A DNA stretch of 35,176 nucleotides from Guillardia theta CCMP2712 (taxonomy: Eukaryota; Protista; Cryptophyta): the NCBI RefSeq assembly GCF_000315625.1, contig NW_005434667.1:136174-171349 (forward strand), read 5' to 3'. Below, one piece after another: positions 22,732 through 32,987 of the stretch. The translations under genes were made by a program, and so were the position numbers. Under the pieces are notes generated by a model, which saw only the letters and a program-made list of their open reading frames with translations, did not search any database and had not been told where the DNA came from. Positions within the stretch are counted from its first letter, which is position 1. The number at the start of each line of letters is the position of its first letter.

Positions 22732-25700
22732 TCATCGTGCATAGTCAGCGATGGCTCGTATCAGCTTCCTCCTCCTCCCCTGGCCGAGGCTGAGCATCGA
22801 CCGGCGAACAGCCAGCCATTCTTTCTGCACTCCCGCTCGCACGCCCTCCACCACCTTGGCCCCTAGAAGAAGAGAGTCAGGAGAAACCGCTCACTGCTGC
22901 CAACTTGACCGCTGGGTAGAGACGGCAAGGACGCCTCGTCGTCGTCTTCGATGACTGCAGGGCAAGTGAGAGGAGGGAGAGGGAGGAGAGTCAGGAGGAG
23001 AGTCAGGAGGAGGAGTGGGAGGAAGGGGAGGAGGAGGAGGAGGAGGAGGAGGAGGAGGAGGAGGAGGAGGAGAAGGACAAGGACAAGGAAGAGGGAGGGA
23101 GAGAAGGTCTTACCGTCCTGCTCTGCGCATCCTGACTGGACGTACATGTTCAAGGCCAGCAAGGCGCTCTCTTCCTGCACACGGCCGAGCAGACCAAAGG
23201 CAGCTTGTGCTACTTCTAGAGCTAGGTCGACGTTGACCTTCATCTGATGAAGAAGCTCAGGTGAACTCATATGAAAGCAGGAGGAGAAGGAGAAGTGGTG
23301 GTGGAGGAGGAGCAGGAAGCGGAGGAAGACGAGGAGACAGTCGAGAGGGAGCAGGTCGAGGAGTTAGAGGAGGTCAAGTAGGAGGGAGGGAACAACCTTC
23401 TCTTCGTTGGATCGGAGGATCGCTGAATGATATTCCAACTCTAGGGAGGAGGCTTCCACTGCCCCCGCGAGTTTTCCAACCTCCGGGAGCCCGAGCTGGA
23501 GCTCGAGGGAGGTAGGGATCTTACAAGAGCAGAGTCAACAACCATCGCTTCCTCTTCCTCTCTGTTCCCATCCCTTTGCTCCTTTCCTCGTCCTCCTCTC
23601 CTTTCCAACGCCTTCTCCGCCTCCCCTCCCTCTGCCCCTCTCACCTTGATTCTCCAGTTCATCTTACAGGTGCTCTTGCTCGCAAGCTTTCTCTGCGAAT
23701 CGCGAGGAGGAGGCACCTGCAAGAACCTCTCGTCCGCATATGGCAAAGCACAGATCTGCCAAGGAGTTATGCCGAAGAATTCATTCCTCCTCTTTTCCCT
23801 CCTCCTTGTGCTCGTCCTCTTCCTCTTCTTCCTCTCCCTCTTTCCGCCACTCTCCAATGATCCCTTTGTCCTTCTATCCTTGTTCTTCTTTCCATTTTCT
23901 CCTCCTCGCTCCATCATGCCCATCTTTCAACTCCCAACTTCCTTCAGGTTCTTCGCTCTCTGACTTCATACGTACAATTCTCCCTTCCTCCTTCTTCCCC
24001 CCTTGTCCTCCTTCCTGCCTCTCCTCCTCCTCCTCTCTTCACCATCTCCTTCAATCCCCGTACCTTGTACAAGCAGCTCTGCTCGTGGAAGCTGAGCGGG
24101 TCATCGGCTCTCCTCCAGTCGCTCTTCCATGCTCCGCAGCAGAAGCAGCAGCAACGGTCGTACGCGTCCTCGTCGGGCGAGAAGAACCAGCCGGCCCAGG
24201 CGAGTAACTCCGGGGAGAGGAAGGAAGGAGCAGAGAGGGTCTCACTATCTTCCTTCTTCCCCTGCTCGAATGATGATCAGAGTAGAGAGAGAAGGCGAGA
24301 GGCGGAAATGACGTCGAGGAAGAGCAGGAGCAGGAGCAAGTGGAAAGGACAGCCCGATGTGGAAGAGGAGGAGCAGGCATGAAGAAGGAGCAGGAGGAGC
24401 AGGCAGAAGCAGGGTGGAGGAGGCAGGAGAGGGAGGAGGAGGGAGGGAGGAGGAGAGGGGAGGAAAAAAGGACCTTATTGAGTTGGAACTTGTGCGCGGG
24501 CCATGTGCAAGTCAATCTCGGGTTGGAAGACATGGTCCAATAGATGTCGAAAGTTCTCTGGCGAGCGATTTGCAAGTCGATGTTGTTGAACAGGAGATCT
24601 GAAGAGAGCTTCAGATGTGAAAGAACAACTACTTGCAGGAAGATAATTCCATCCTTTCCTCTCCCCACCCATTCGCAATTCCATCCCACTATCCCCACCC
24701 CTCTCGTCCTCACCCTAGTCCTAGTGATCCTCTACCTGTTCCCCCCCTCCTCCCTCTAAACCTCGTCCTCGTCCTCGTCCTCGTCCTCGCCCTCGCCCTC
24801 GTCCTCGTCTCACCTGAGAGGACGCTTGCCGCCTGGTGACGAGACAAGAGGGCGCCATGATGCGCTTCCTTGGCCCTCGCCGCCTGCTCGTTGAGATGGA
24901 CATCCTTGAAAGTTGAGAATCAGAAGAAAGTTGAAAGAGAGGAAAACATGGGAGAAGATGAGAAGAAACAGAGTGCATGATGATGAGATGAGAAGGATAA
25001 GACATGCAGGGAAGGAGTAGGAGGAGGAGGAGGAGGAGTGGGAGTAGGAGGAGGAGGAGAGAGTGAACGAAGGGAAGGAGGTGCAGGCAGGCAGGTGGTG
25101 GAGGAGGAAGAGGAGTAATCAGGAGGGTACGAAGGAGGACTAGGTGTCTTGAAGGATACCTCTTCGCCCGGGGAGATAGTGCTGGACAGCAGCTTCAAGA
25201 GCTGCTCGTGTAGAAAACCTTCCTTCTCTCTCTTGACTGCTCTCATGACAGCTGCTGCAACCTCTGCATTTCTTGATGGACCTGCGGGTAGAGGGAGTGT
25301 CAACTGTCTCCTGTTGTGGTCTGACAGCAGAACAGCAGGAAACAAAGAAGCAAGTAGCTGTGTTATCCCCCTCGTAACCCTCTCCTCCTCCTCCTCCTCC
25401 TCCTCCTCCTCCTCCTCCTCCTCCTCCTCCTCTCTGTTATCACGGACCCTGCCAACACTTCCTCCTCTTCCTCTTCCTCTTCCTCTTCCTCTTCCTCTTC
25501 CTCTCCCTAGAAGGATCAAGTACCTAGCATGGAAATGGCTTTCACGCAGCTTGCTCTGACGAGAGGGGAAGGGTCCTGACAGCAGACTGAGCAAGACAGG
25601 GGGAGAGAGAAAATTCTTTCTCCTCACCTGCAGGAGCAACTCGCAGAGGTGATGGAGGACAACGACACTTCCTCTGCTCCACCTCCCCTTGCCGCTCGGA

Positions 25701-28700
25701 TACTGCGATATGTTGCCCAGCGCCTGGCATGCGGTCGATCGGACCTGCTCGTGCGGATCTTGTAGAGCAGCGACGACCTGAGAGGAGTTTGAGAGAGCAG
25801 GAGGGATGGAAGAAGGAAAGGGTGGGAAGGGAGAGAGTGGAGGGAACGGAAGGGAGGGAGGGAGGGAGGGGGCAAGGAAGAAGGGGAGGGAGGGAGGAGG
25901 GAGGGAAGGAGGGAGTAGGAGAGGAGAGGGAGCATGACCGCATCGAAGATTTCGTCGTCACTCTCTAGGGAGGCAGACATCCACGCGTGGTCGAAGAAAT
26001 CCTCCGCCTGCCACCAGCGTCACCAGGCAGCAGCAGCAGCACGGCAGGTCGTTCCTCCTCCCGGCTGACGCAGAGGATGGGAATAGTCTCGGTGCTCTGC
26101 ACCACTGAGAACCTCCCCTGGAAGCTCTCCTCCTCCAGCGAGATCAGCACGACTCCTCTTGCCTTCTTCCTTTTGGCCTTCGTGACGATCTGGCTGACCA
26201 GCTCCGCATCCGCATCCCTTGTCCTCTGACACAGCCACTCGTCACCAGCCCAGCAGCCATCACGTCAGCCTCCACGTCCTCTGTCTTCATCCTGCTTATC
26301 CTCCTCCCTCCTCCTGCTTCATGCTCCCTCCTAGTTACTCTCCCTCCTGTCTCCTCCCTACTCCCACCCGCCCCTTCCTCCTCCCTCCCTCCCATCCCCG
26401 TACGCTCCCCCTCCTCTCCTCTCACCAAGGCGACCACCGCGATTTTCCCTTGAAGCTCTTGATCCTGAAATGTGAGCAGCTCTAGAGCAGCAGAGACCTC
26501 CCCCAGCTGGAACCCAGCACTGTTCCACATGAGGCTGCTATCCCAGACGTCCTTCCCGCCCTTCCACGGCCTCTCGAACGGAGGACACCACAGGCAGCAA
26601 GTCACCAGCTCCCCCTCCAGTACCTCCCCAGGTGCGAGAGACCCCGAGCTCCTGCCAGCTGCAGCTCAGCTAGAGGGGCAAGAGGGGTGGCAGAAGAGGT
26701 AGGGAGAGGAGGGAAGGGAAGAGGGAGGGGAGGGGAAGGGAAGTGCGAGAAGGGAAGGGAGAGGACGGAGGAGAGGGGAAGGGCAGGAAAAGTGCTGAGA
26801 GGGAGGGAGGGAGTGGAGGGTTTGCCGTACCCGAGCTGGATGCCAGGGAGCCACGTGGCGTTCCATGCGAAGCAGTGCGAGAAGTAGGAGAAGCTGGCCA
26901 GCCGAGTCTCCTCCTCCATCTGCTCCAACAACTGCAGCTGCTCCCACCTGTGGGGGAGGAGGAACTCGAAGCCGCAAAGATCCTCCAGCTCGGAGAGGAA
27001 GCGGAAGAAGAAGAGCGTCTTCCCCCTCGCTCGGGGAGGGCGGGGGAGCAGGAGGGGAGGATGCCAGTCCCTCGGCCACTCCAACTGATCCTCTGAGGAG
27101 GAGACGAGAAGTTGGTCAACATCGCTGCTGGGCCCGCCCGAGGCCTCGAGCTCTAGAGCTCTGGTGAGGAGGAAGAGCCGGTGGCGCTGGCGCCTGACAC
27201 CCTGCCACGTCCTCTCGAGGTCTGCTAGAAGCCAGGCGAGGGAGAGCTGGGAAGACTCAATCTCTCTCTCCGTGACAGCCTTCCTCTTCAGCAGCCTCTT
27301 CATCTTCCTCTCCCACTCCTCTCCTCTCTCCTTCGCCACGTGCCGCTCCAGCTCCTCGTTCACCTCCTCCAGCTCCCCCGTGAGCTGAGAAATCGCCATC
27401 TTCTCTTCCTTGGCCCTCCTCTCGATGGACAGCGCGCACTTCCTGCCCGAGCTGAGAAGGATGGAAACTTTCCCCCTGCTCGCATGGCGGGGGAGAGACA
27501 GGAGCGCACGTTCCCTCACCTTCCTCCATTCACGGTCCGCCAGCTCCAAGTTGTTCTTCTCCAGGTACTGACCGGACCGCACCTGTCGGATCAGCTCCTC
27601 GACGGCGTCCCTGTCAGCAGGGAACCGCCTCCTGCTGTAGCCCTCCACTGCAAGGGCGCGGACCTCGGCATCCTGATCCGCACACCCCGACAGCAGCCCA
27701 GCTGCAGTCGCCTCCTCCCCGGTGCTCGAGAGCTCCGACAGGACGCGAACAGCCGCTTGCCTTACCCTCCAGCTGGGGTCGGCAGAGTCGAAGGAGTTCC
27801 CGTCCCCCTCCACTCCCAGGACGTTGAGGACGCCGACCGGCGAGGCAGCTCGCTCGCTGCTGTAGAGCTCCCTTAGCCTCCGCTCCTCGTCCTCGCAGGG
27901 AGGGGCAGGGGAGGAGATGGGGGCAGGGGGATCGGAGGAGAAGGCGACTTGGTGGATGAAGAGCAGGCCGCCGTCTCTGTCCTTGTAGGGGGCGCGGGAG
28001 AGAGGAGCATGCCACTGCTCTGGGCACGTCAGCTCCACCTCGGCCACCTCACAGAGTCCGACAGTTTCCAGCTGGAAATTTCGAAGGGAGAAGTCAAGCT
28101 TCGGCTTCACAAACTCCTTGCTCCTCCTCTGCTCCATCGGAACGATCCCTCCCTCCCTCCCTCCTCTTCCGGTCTCCCTTGCCCTCCTCCTCTCCTCCTC
28201 CTCCATCGCCATCTTCTCCTCCTCCACCGCGCTCTCGTACGCCACCAGCTCCTGCGACAGCCTGTGAAGCTCGTCCAGAGGCATCTCGCAGCTCCCTAGG
28301 AAGCGATGCTGGCGACTGACGTCCCAGTCCCAGAGCTCGAGGAGGAGAGAAGACAAGTAATTCTCCGTCCATGGCCGCTTCAAGGAATCTGAAGGCGACA
28401 AGCGCTCCAACGACAGCGAGACTGGGCTGAACTCGACCTCCTCCTCCTTCCTCCGCACCTCCGACGCGTACAGCACGCACGATGCTGCGCCTCCTCGGAT
28501 CACGAAGAACAAGTTCGCGCTGCCCCACTCGCTCGCCATGGTGCTGGAGAGGATCTTTCGGCATTGCACGAGTAGGCTGATCCTGGCTCCCCTCGCCTCT
28601 ATCCTGTGCTTGTCTACCCGCAGAAGCGCATGCGCAGGCACGTTCGCCTCCCCCACCAGCTCGGGAGGAAGCCGCTGGTTCGGCTGCTCCCAGCATCGGA

Positions 28701-31700
28701 CCCACAGCCTGTCTTCGAGCCCGTGGAGGAGGAGGGAGGAGTAGGAGACGTCGAGGGCATGTTCTGCTCTCACTCCTTCCTCCTCAACGTGGAGGTTGAC
28801 AAAGTTCTTGCGCTCGTGCCCCCTCTCAGCGATCCATCCAGTCCTGCCGACCTCCTCCCACGTCCAGATGAGAGGAGGATGCCACTGGTGCAGGTCCACC
28901 TGGAGGGGAGGGAGGCGGTTGAGTCGGCTAAGGGTAACGAACATGCGGGACAGGCAAGCCTGACCCCTGAACGAGGTCAAACTCTCTACTCCGATCCTGA
29001 TCCCTACCTGCAGGCGCCCCTCCTCCCTCGCCAGGAACTTGTGCAGCCTGTTGCTGGGGCAGAGGGAGGCGAGGCAATGCAGGGCCGCCGTTCGGACATG
29101 CTCGCTCTTGTCCTGGATAAGAGCTTGCAGGTCGGAGAGCAGCCACGAGGGAGAAAACTGAAACTTCTTGTGAAGGAGCTGGCATTGATGGACCGCGTCC
29201 TGTTTCACCGAAGATGATCTGTCGCGCAAGGCCCTCCTGAGGATCTGAAAGCTCGTTCGGAACTTGCACTGAAGACGATGGTGCGAGGAGACACTTGAGT
29301 CCGCCTCCTCCTCCTCCTCCTCCTCCTCCAAGTCCTTGTCAATGTCCATGTCGTTCCTCCGGACGCTGCAGAAAAATCTGTCGATGCTCCCGCTGCGGAA
29401 GAGAAACTCTAGCAGCCTGCCGTTGATCCTTAGCGCCATGATTCTCACAGACTCGTCGGAGCAACGGAAGCTCTGCAGGAGGGAGGATACAAGGCCCTTC
29501 CATACCAGCTGCACGCCAACAGTCCCTTCCTTCCCGTCGTACATCCGATCCCTGTTGTAGACGCACAGGTCGTTGAGCCCGGCAAGGCATGCTGCTTTCA
29601 CCACCTTCCACGGCAAGCTTTCACTCACCCTCCCCTCCTTCTCCACGTGCTGAAGGTAACGATCAACGACGTGCCGGAGGACGTGATGGTTCGGATTCAT
29701 GATCTTGATCAGCAACCTTGCTACCAGCCTCCTCATCTTAGCGCTGCAGCGCTTGAACTGACTGTACTCAAACTCCGCTGCTCCTCTTATCGCCGCCCGG
29801 ATGCACCCCTCTTCCACGCTGCTGCAGGGCAGCTGGAACAGGATCCCCCTGCTCTTCCCCGGGTCGACCCTCCCCCTCGGCTGGACGATACAGCTCTCCG
29901 CCCTCCACGTAGCCCGCATGTGCTCCACGTTTTCCTCCTCCATCTTCCCCTCCTGCTGCCTGCTCTGAAGGTCCCGGAGGAAGCGGTCGAGCCCCTTTTG
30001 CAGCAGGGAGTTCTCTGCGATGAGGAAGAAACTCTGTCCGAGGTCAGGAGGAGGTTGGAGAGGAGCGTTAAGAAACAGCCTCTTTCCTCTCGTCACCCGC
30101 AGACCCACCAGCGTGACTTTACAGCTCGACCCCCTCTTCCAACCCGCGGAGTCCATCTTAGAATACTCTATCGCAGCTTCGTCCTTCCTCCCGCCCCCCC
30201 CGTCCCTATCCTCCTCTCTCCCCTCGTGTATCTCCCTCCTCCTCCCTCCCTCCTCCTCTTCCTCCCTTCTCTTCTCCTCCCTCACGCTCTGATGCTGCTG
30301 CGATCTCCAGTCTCGGAAGACACGGTGCCGATGCTCCCAAGTCAGCTCCACGTCGTTCTCCAGCACCAGCACCACCTCCTCCTCCTTCCGCTCTCGCAGC
30401 AGAAACTCGGTGCTCAGCACGACGCCTCCCACGGGCTCCCAGCGCAAGGAGAGAGGAGGGTGCCAGGAGGAGCGATAGACGCGGTTCTTGACGTCGTACA
30501 TGGCTTCTCCGAGCTCAGCGCCTCCCCACGTGTAGAGCTGCATCAGGACGGGCGATTGGAGGCCCTGTGGTATTTCAGGGAAGGGGAGAAGGAGGAAGGA
30601 GATGAGAGGACGGCGTTGTAGGGGTCGTGAAGAGAGAGGTACAAGATGACAAGAACAAGGGGCACGAGCATGATAGGATGACGTAGAGGGAGAGGAGGAA
30701 GAGGGACAGACCTTCTCGTCACTCATCAGCTCTTGCAGCGGGAGGACAAGGTTGGAGAAGCGAGGGTGATACACGGCCCGTCCGATCGCCTCCTCCACCA
30801 CTCCTGTCTCGCTAGAGATGGTCAACTTAAACCCACGAGGGGCCCCTGCATGAAGATCCCGTCAAGACGCGGAAACGTCAAGTCCACAAACCGTTAAACA
30901 TGAGCCCCCTCCCTTCCTCCCCTCCCCTCCCCTCCCCTCCCCTCCCCCATCTTCACTCAGTCGAAGTCCAACTGACCTGTCTGCATCGGGTCATAATCCA
31001 TGACCTCGTCCTCCACCTTGACATCACAGCACAGGCTCTCCAAAGGCACATCGTCGACAATCTCCCGTGCTTGCGAGAAGACAGAGTTTGCCTTGGCGCA
31101 AGGCCCGAAATAATGTAGACCATCCCGCATCAACGCCGCTTCCTCCTCCTCGAGCGGGTTGGACAACAAGAGCATACAGTCCTTGCAGCTGTGCAGCTCC
31201 ACCCCCTCCACCTCGATGAACTCTTTCCTCAGCCTCCTCACAATTCTCCCTGCTCCGCATCATCACCCGCCCTCTCAGAACCTCCTCCTCCCTCCTTGCC
31301 TGTAGAAAGCTTCACGTCCACCTTGAGAAGCTCTCGGGTAAGTGCAGGAGGAACTTCATTTCCGCTCCCCTCATCTCGCAGGCAGGACCTGAGCAGGTCT
31401 ACCCTGTCTGCTATCCACATCTGCCCGCCAGTCAGGAGACGCTGCCAGCCAGCATCGCGCCCTCGACCTCCTCGCAACAGGAGCCTACGCGCAGGAGGAC
31501 TGAGAGGCGGAAGAGGACGTGGACGTCGGACCAGTCGCAGATGCTTGTGAGCACCTGCGATGAGGAACCGTCACCAGGAGCGAGAGGGGGGAGGGGGATT
31601 GGAATCAAGCAGAGGGAGGAAGGAAAGAGGGAGACCGGGAGAGGATGAGAGGAAGGGAGGGAATGAGCTGCAGAGGAGGAGGAGGAGGGAGAGAGGAGGA

Positions 31701-32015
31701 AGACGATGAGGACGAGAACGAGGTAAGAGGTGGAGCAAGAATTTGTGGAGCGAGCACCTCCAGGGCCTTCTCCGCCAGGCTGTGCTTTGCCTCGATCTTG
31801 TGGCCGAAGAAGTTTCGCTTCTCACCGAAGAAAGAGAGCAGAGCTTCCTTGGCCGTCTCATCGCCCCTCGGTCTCAGCCTGGCGAGAGCGAGTGAGGGAG
31901 CGTCAGCAGCTGCTCCTCCTACCTGCGGAGGGCCTCCAGCGCCGCGAACTTCACGGTGAAAGATTCCTCGTTTGTGAACAGACTGACACGACATGAGAAT
32001 AGCCGCAGGAAGAGA

Positions 32016-32090
<75 letters not shown>

Positions 32091-32101
32091 AGCAGGAGCA
32101 T

Positions 32102-32138
<37 letters not shown>

Positions 32139-32565
32139 GGCAGACTCACTCGCAGACGACGCGCACAACATCATGCAGGAGCCATGCATCGCGCTGCCAC
32201 TGGCGCAGCATGCCAGCTTCGCTCTCGACCATGCCATACCTGGAGGAGGAAGTCAGGTCGGCGTGGGAGCCATGGCGCTGCTCACTTGGCCCTGAAGTAT
32301 GTACCGCCTGCAGGGATGGAAGATGAGAGCTGCTCGATGACGAGCGTCTGCAGGATGAGGGGGTCAGCGGAGGAAGAGGAGGAGGAGGAGGAGGAGGAGG
32401 AGGAGGAGGAGGAGGAGGAGGAGGAGGAGGAGGAGGTGGTGGTGGTGGTGGTGGTGGTGGTGGTGATGATGATGATGAGGAGGAGGATGAGGAGGACGTA
32501 GTGGTGGTTGTGGTTGTTGAGGTAGTGTTGGATAGCTCTTGCCTTCTTGTCCGACGTCGTGGCAT
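22732..32565 (-). CDS. Very large multi-exon protein: HEAT repeats + copine-type C2 + coiled coil + PA-like domain + BIR zinc finger
   Basis: In-frame splice path from ATG 32565 (MPRRRTRR) through the 1407-aa ORF to about 22732. HEAT: DKSEHVRTAALHCL, DPSWRVRQAAVRVL, DPHEQVRSTACQALG, DPSPLVRASCVKAI. C2: LELWDWDVSRQHRFLGSCEMPLDEL. PA-like: LEGELV...LQGKIAVVAL..KARGVVLI..IPILC. BIR: RQRTF..WP..LSPELLAWAGWFF..DRCCCFCC-x16-H-x3-C. Start and last exon are uncertain. Confidence 0.75.
24064..24570 (-). other. BIR (baculovirus IAP repeat) domain split over two exons (24474-24631 and 24064-24261)
   Basis: ARQRTFDIYWTMSSNPRLTCTWPAHKFQLNK|GKKEDSETLSAPSFLSPELLAWAGWFFSPDEDAYDRCCCFCCGAWKSDWRRADDPLSFHEQSCLYK; both junctions of the second exon are phase-0 GT-AG. 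Confidence 0.85.
32017..32137. repeat. (GCAGGA)n intronic repeat
   Basis: Direct reading. Confidence 0.9.
32375..32495. repeat. (GGA)n(GGT)n(GAT)n compound repeat (poly-Pro/Ser in the N-terminus of the large gene, or intronic)
   Basis: Direct reading. Confidence 0.85.
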
Positions 32566-32627
32566 GCTCGAGCTGCGAGAGAAGCGAAGGAATGTTCATG
32601 GAGAAGAGACTGAGAGCATGAGAGAGA

Positions 32628-32895
32628 AGGGGGGGGAGAGTTGGAGGGGGGGGCGGGGAGGGGGAGAGAAAGGCGGGGGGCAGGGAAGACTGAAATTGAA
32701 GTCGGGGAGGCAGCAGTTGGAATATATATAAGAGGAATGGAGGAGGGGACAGGGGGAGGGAGGCGGGCGGGCGGGGAGGGGGAGCTGGGGAGGGGGAGAA
32801 GGGGAATGTAGTGGGAGGTCCACTGGGAGGAAGAAGAGAAGGCAAGGGAGCGAGGGGAGCGAGGGGGGGGGCGGGGGGCGGGGGGTTGGAGGAGG
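32628..32895 (+). other. G-run tract with G-quadruplex potential between divergent genes
   Basis: Many runs of 3 or more G separated by short loops, e.g. GGGGGAGGGAGGCGGGCGGGCGGGGAGGGGG. Confidence 0.5.
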
Positions 32896-32987
32896 AAGGG
32901 AGGAGGAACGACTGTACTGTGAGAGCGAAGGATTCGAAGTACTCACTTCAAGTCTTGCAGTTGAACAAGTGTTTACATGCTTGAAGC

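Noticed and set aside
27164-30621. Several plus-strand ORFs up to 324 aa
   Set aside because: Antisense shadows of the GC3-rich 1407-aa minus-strand ORF.
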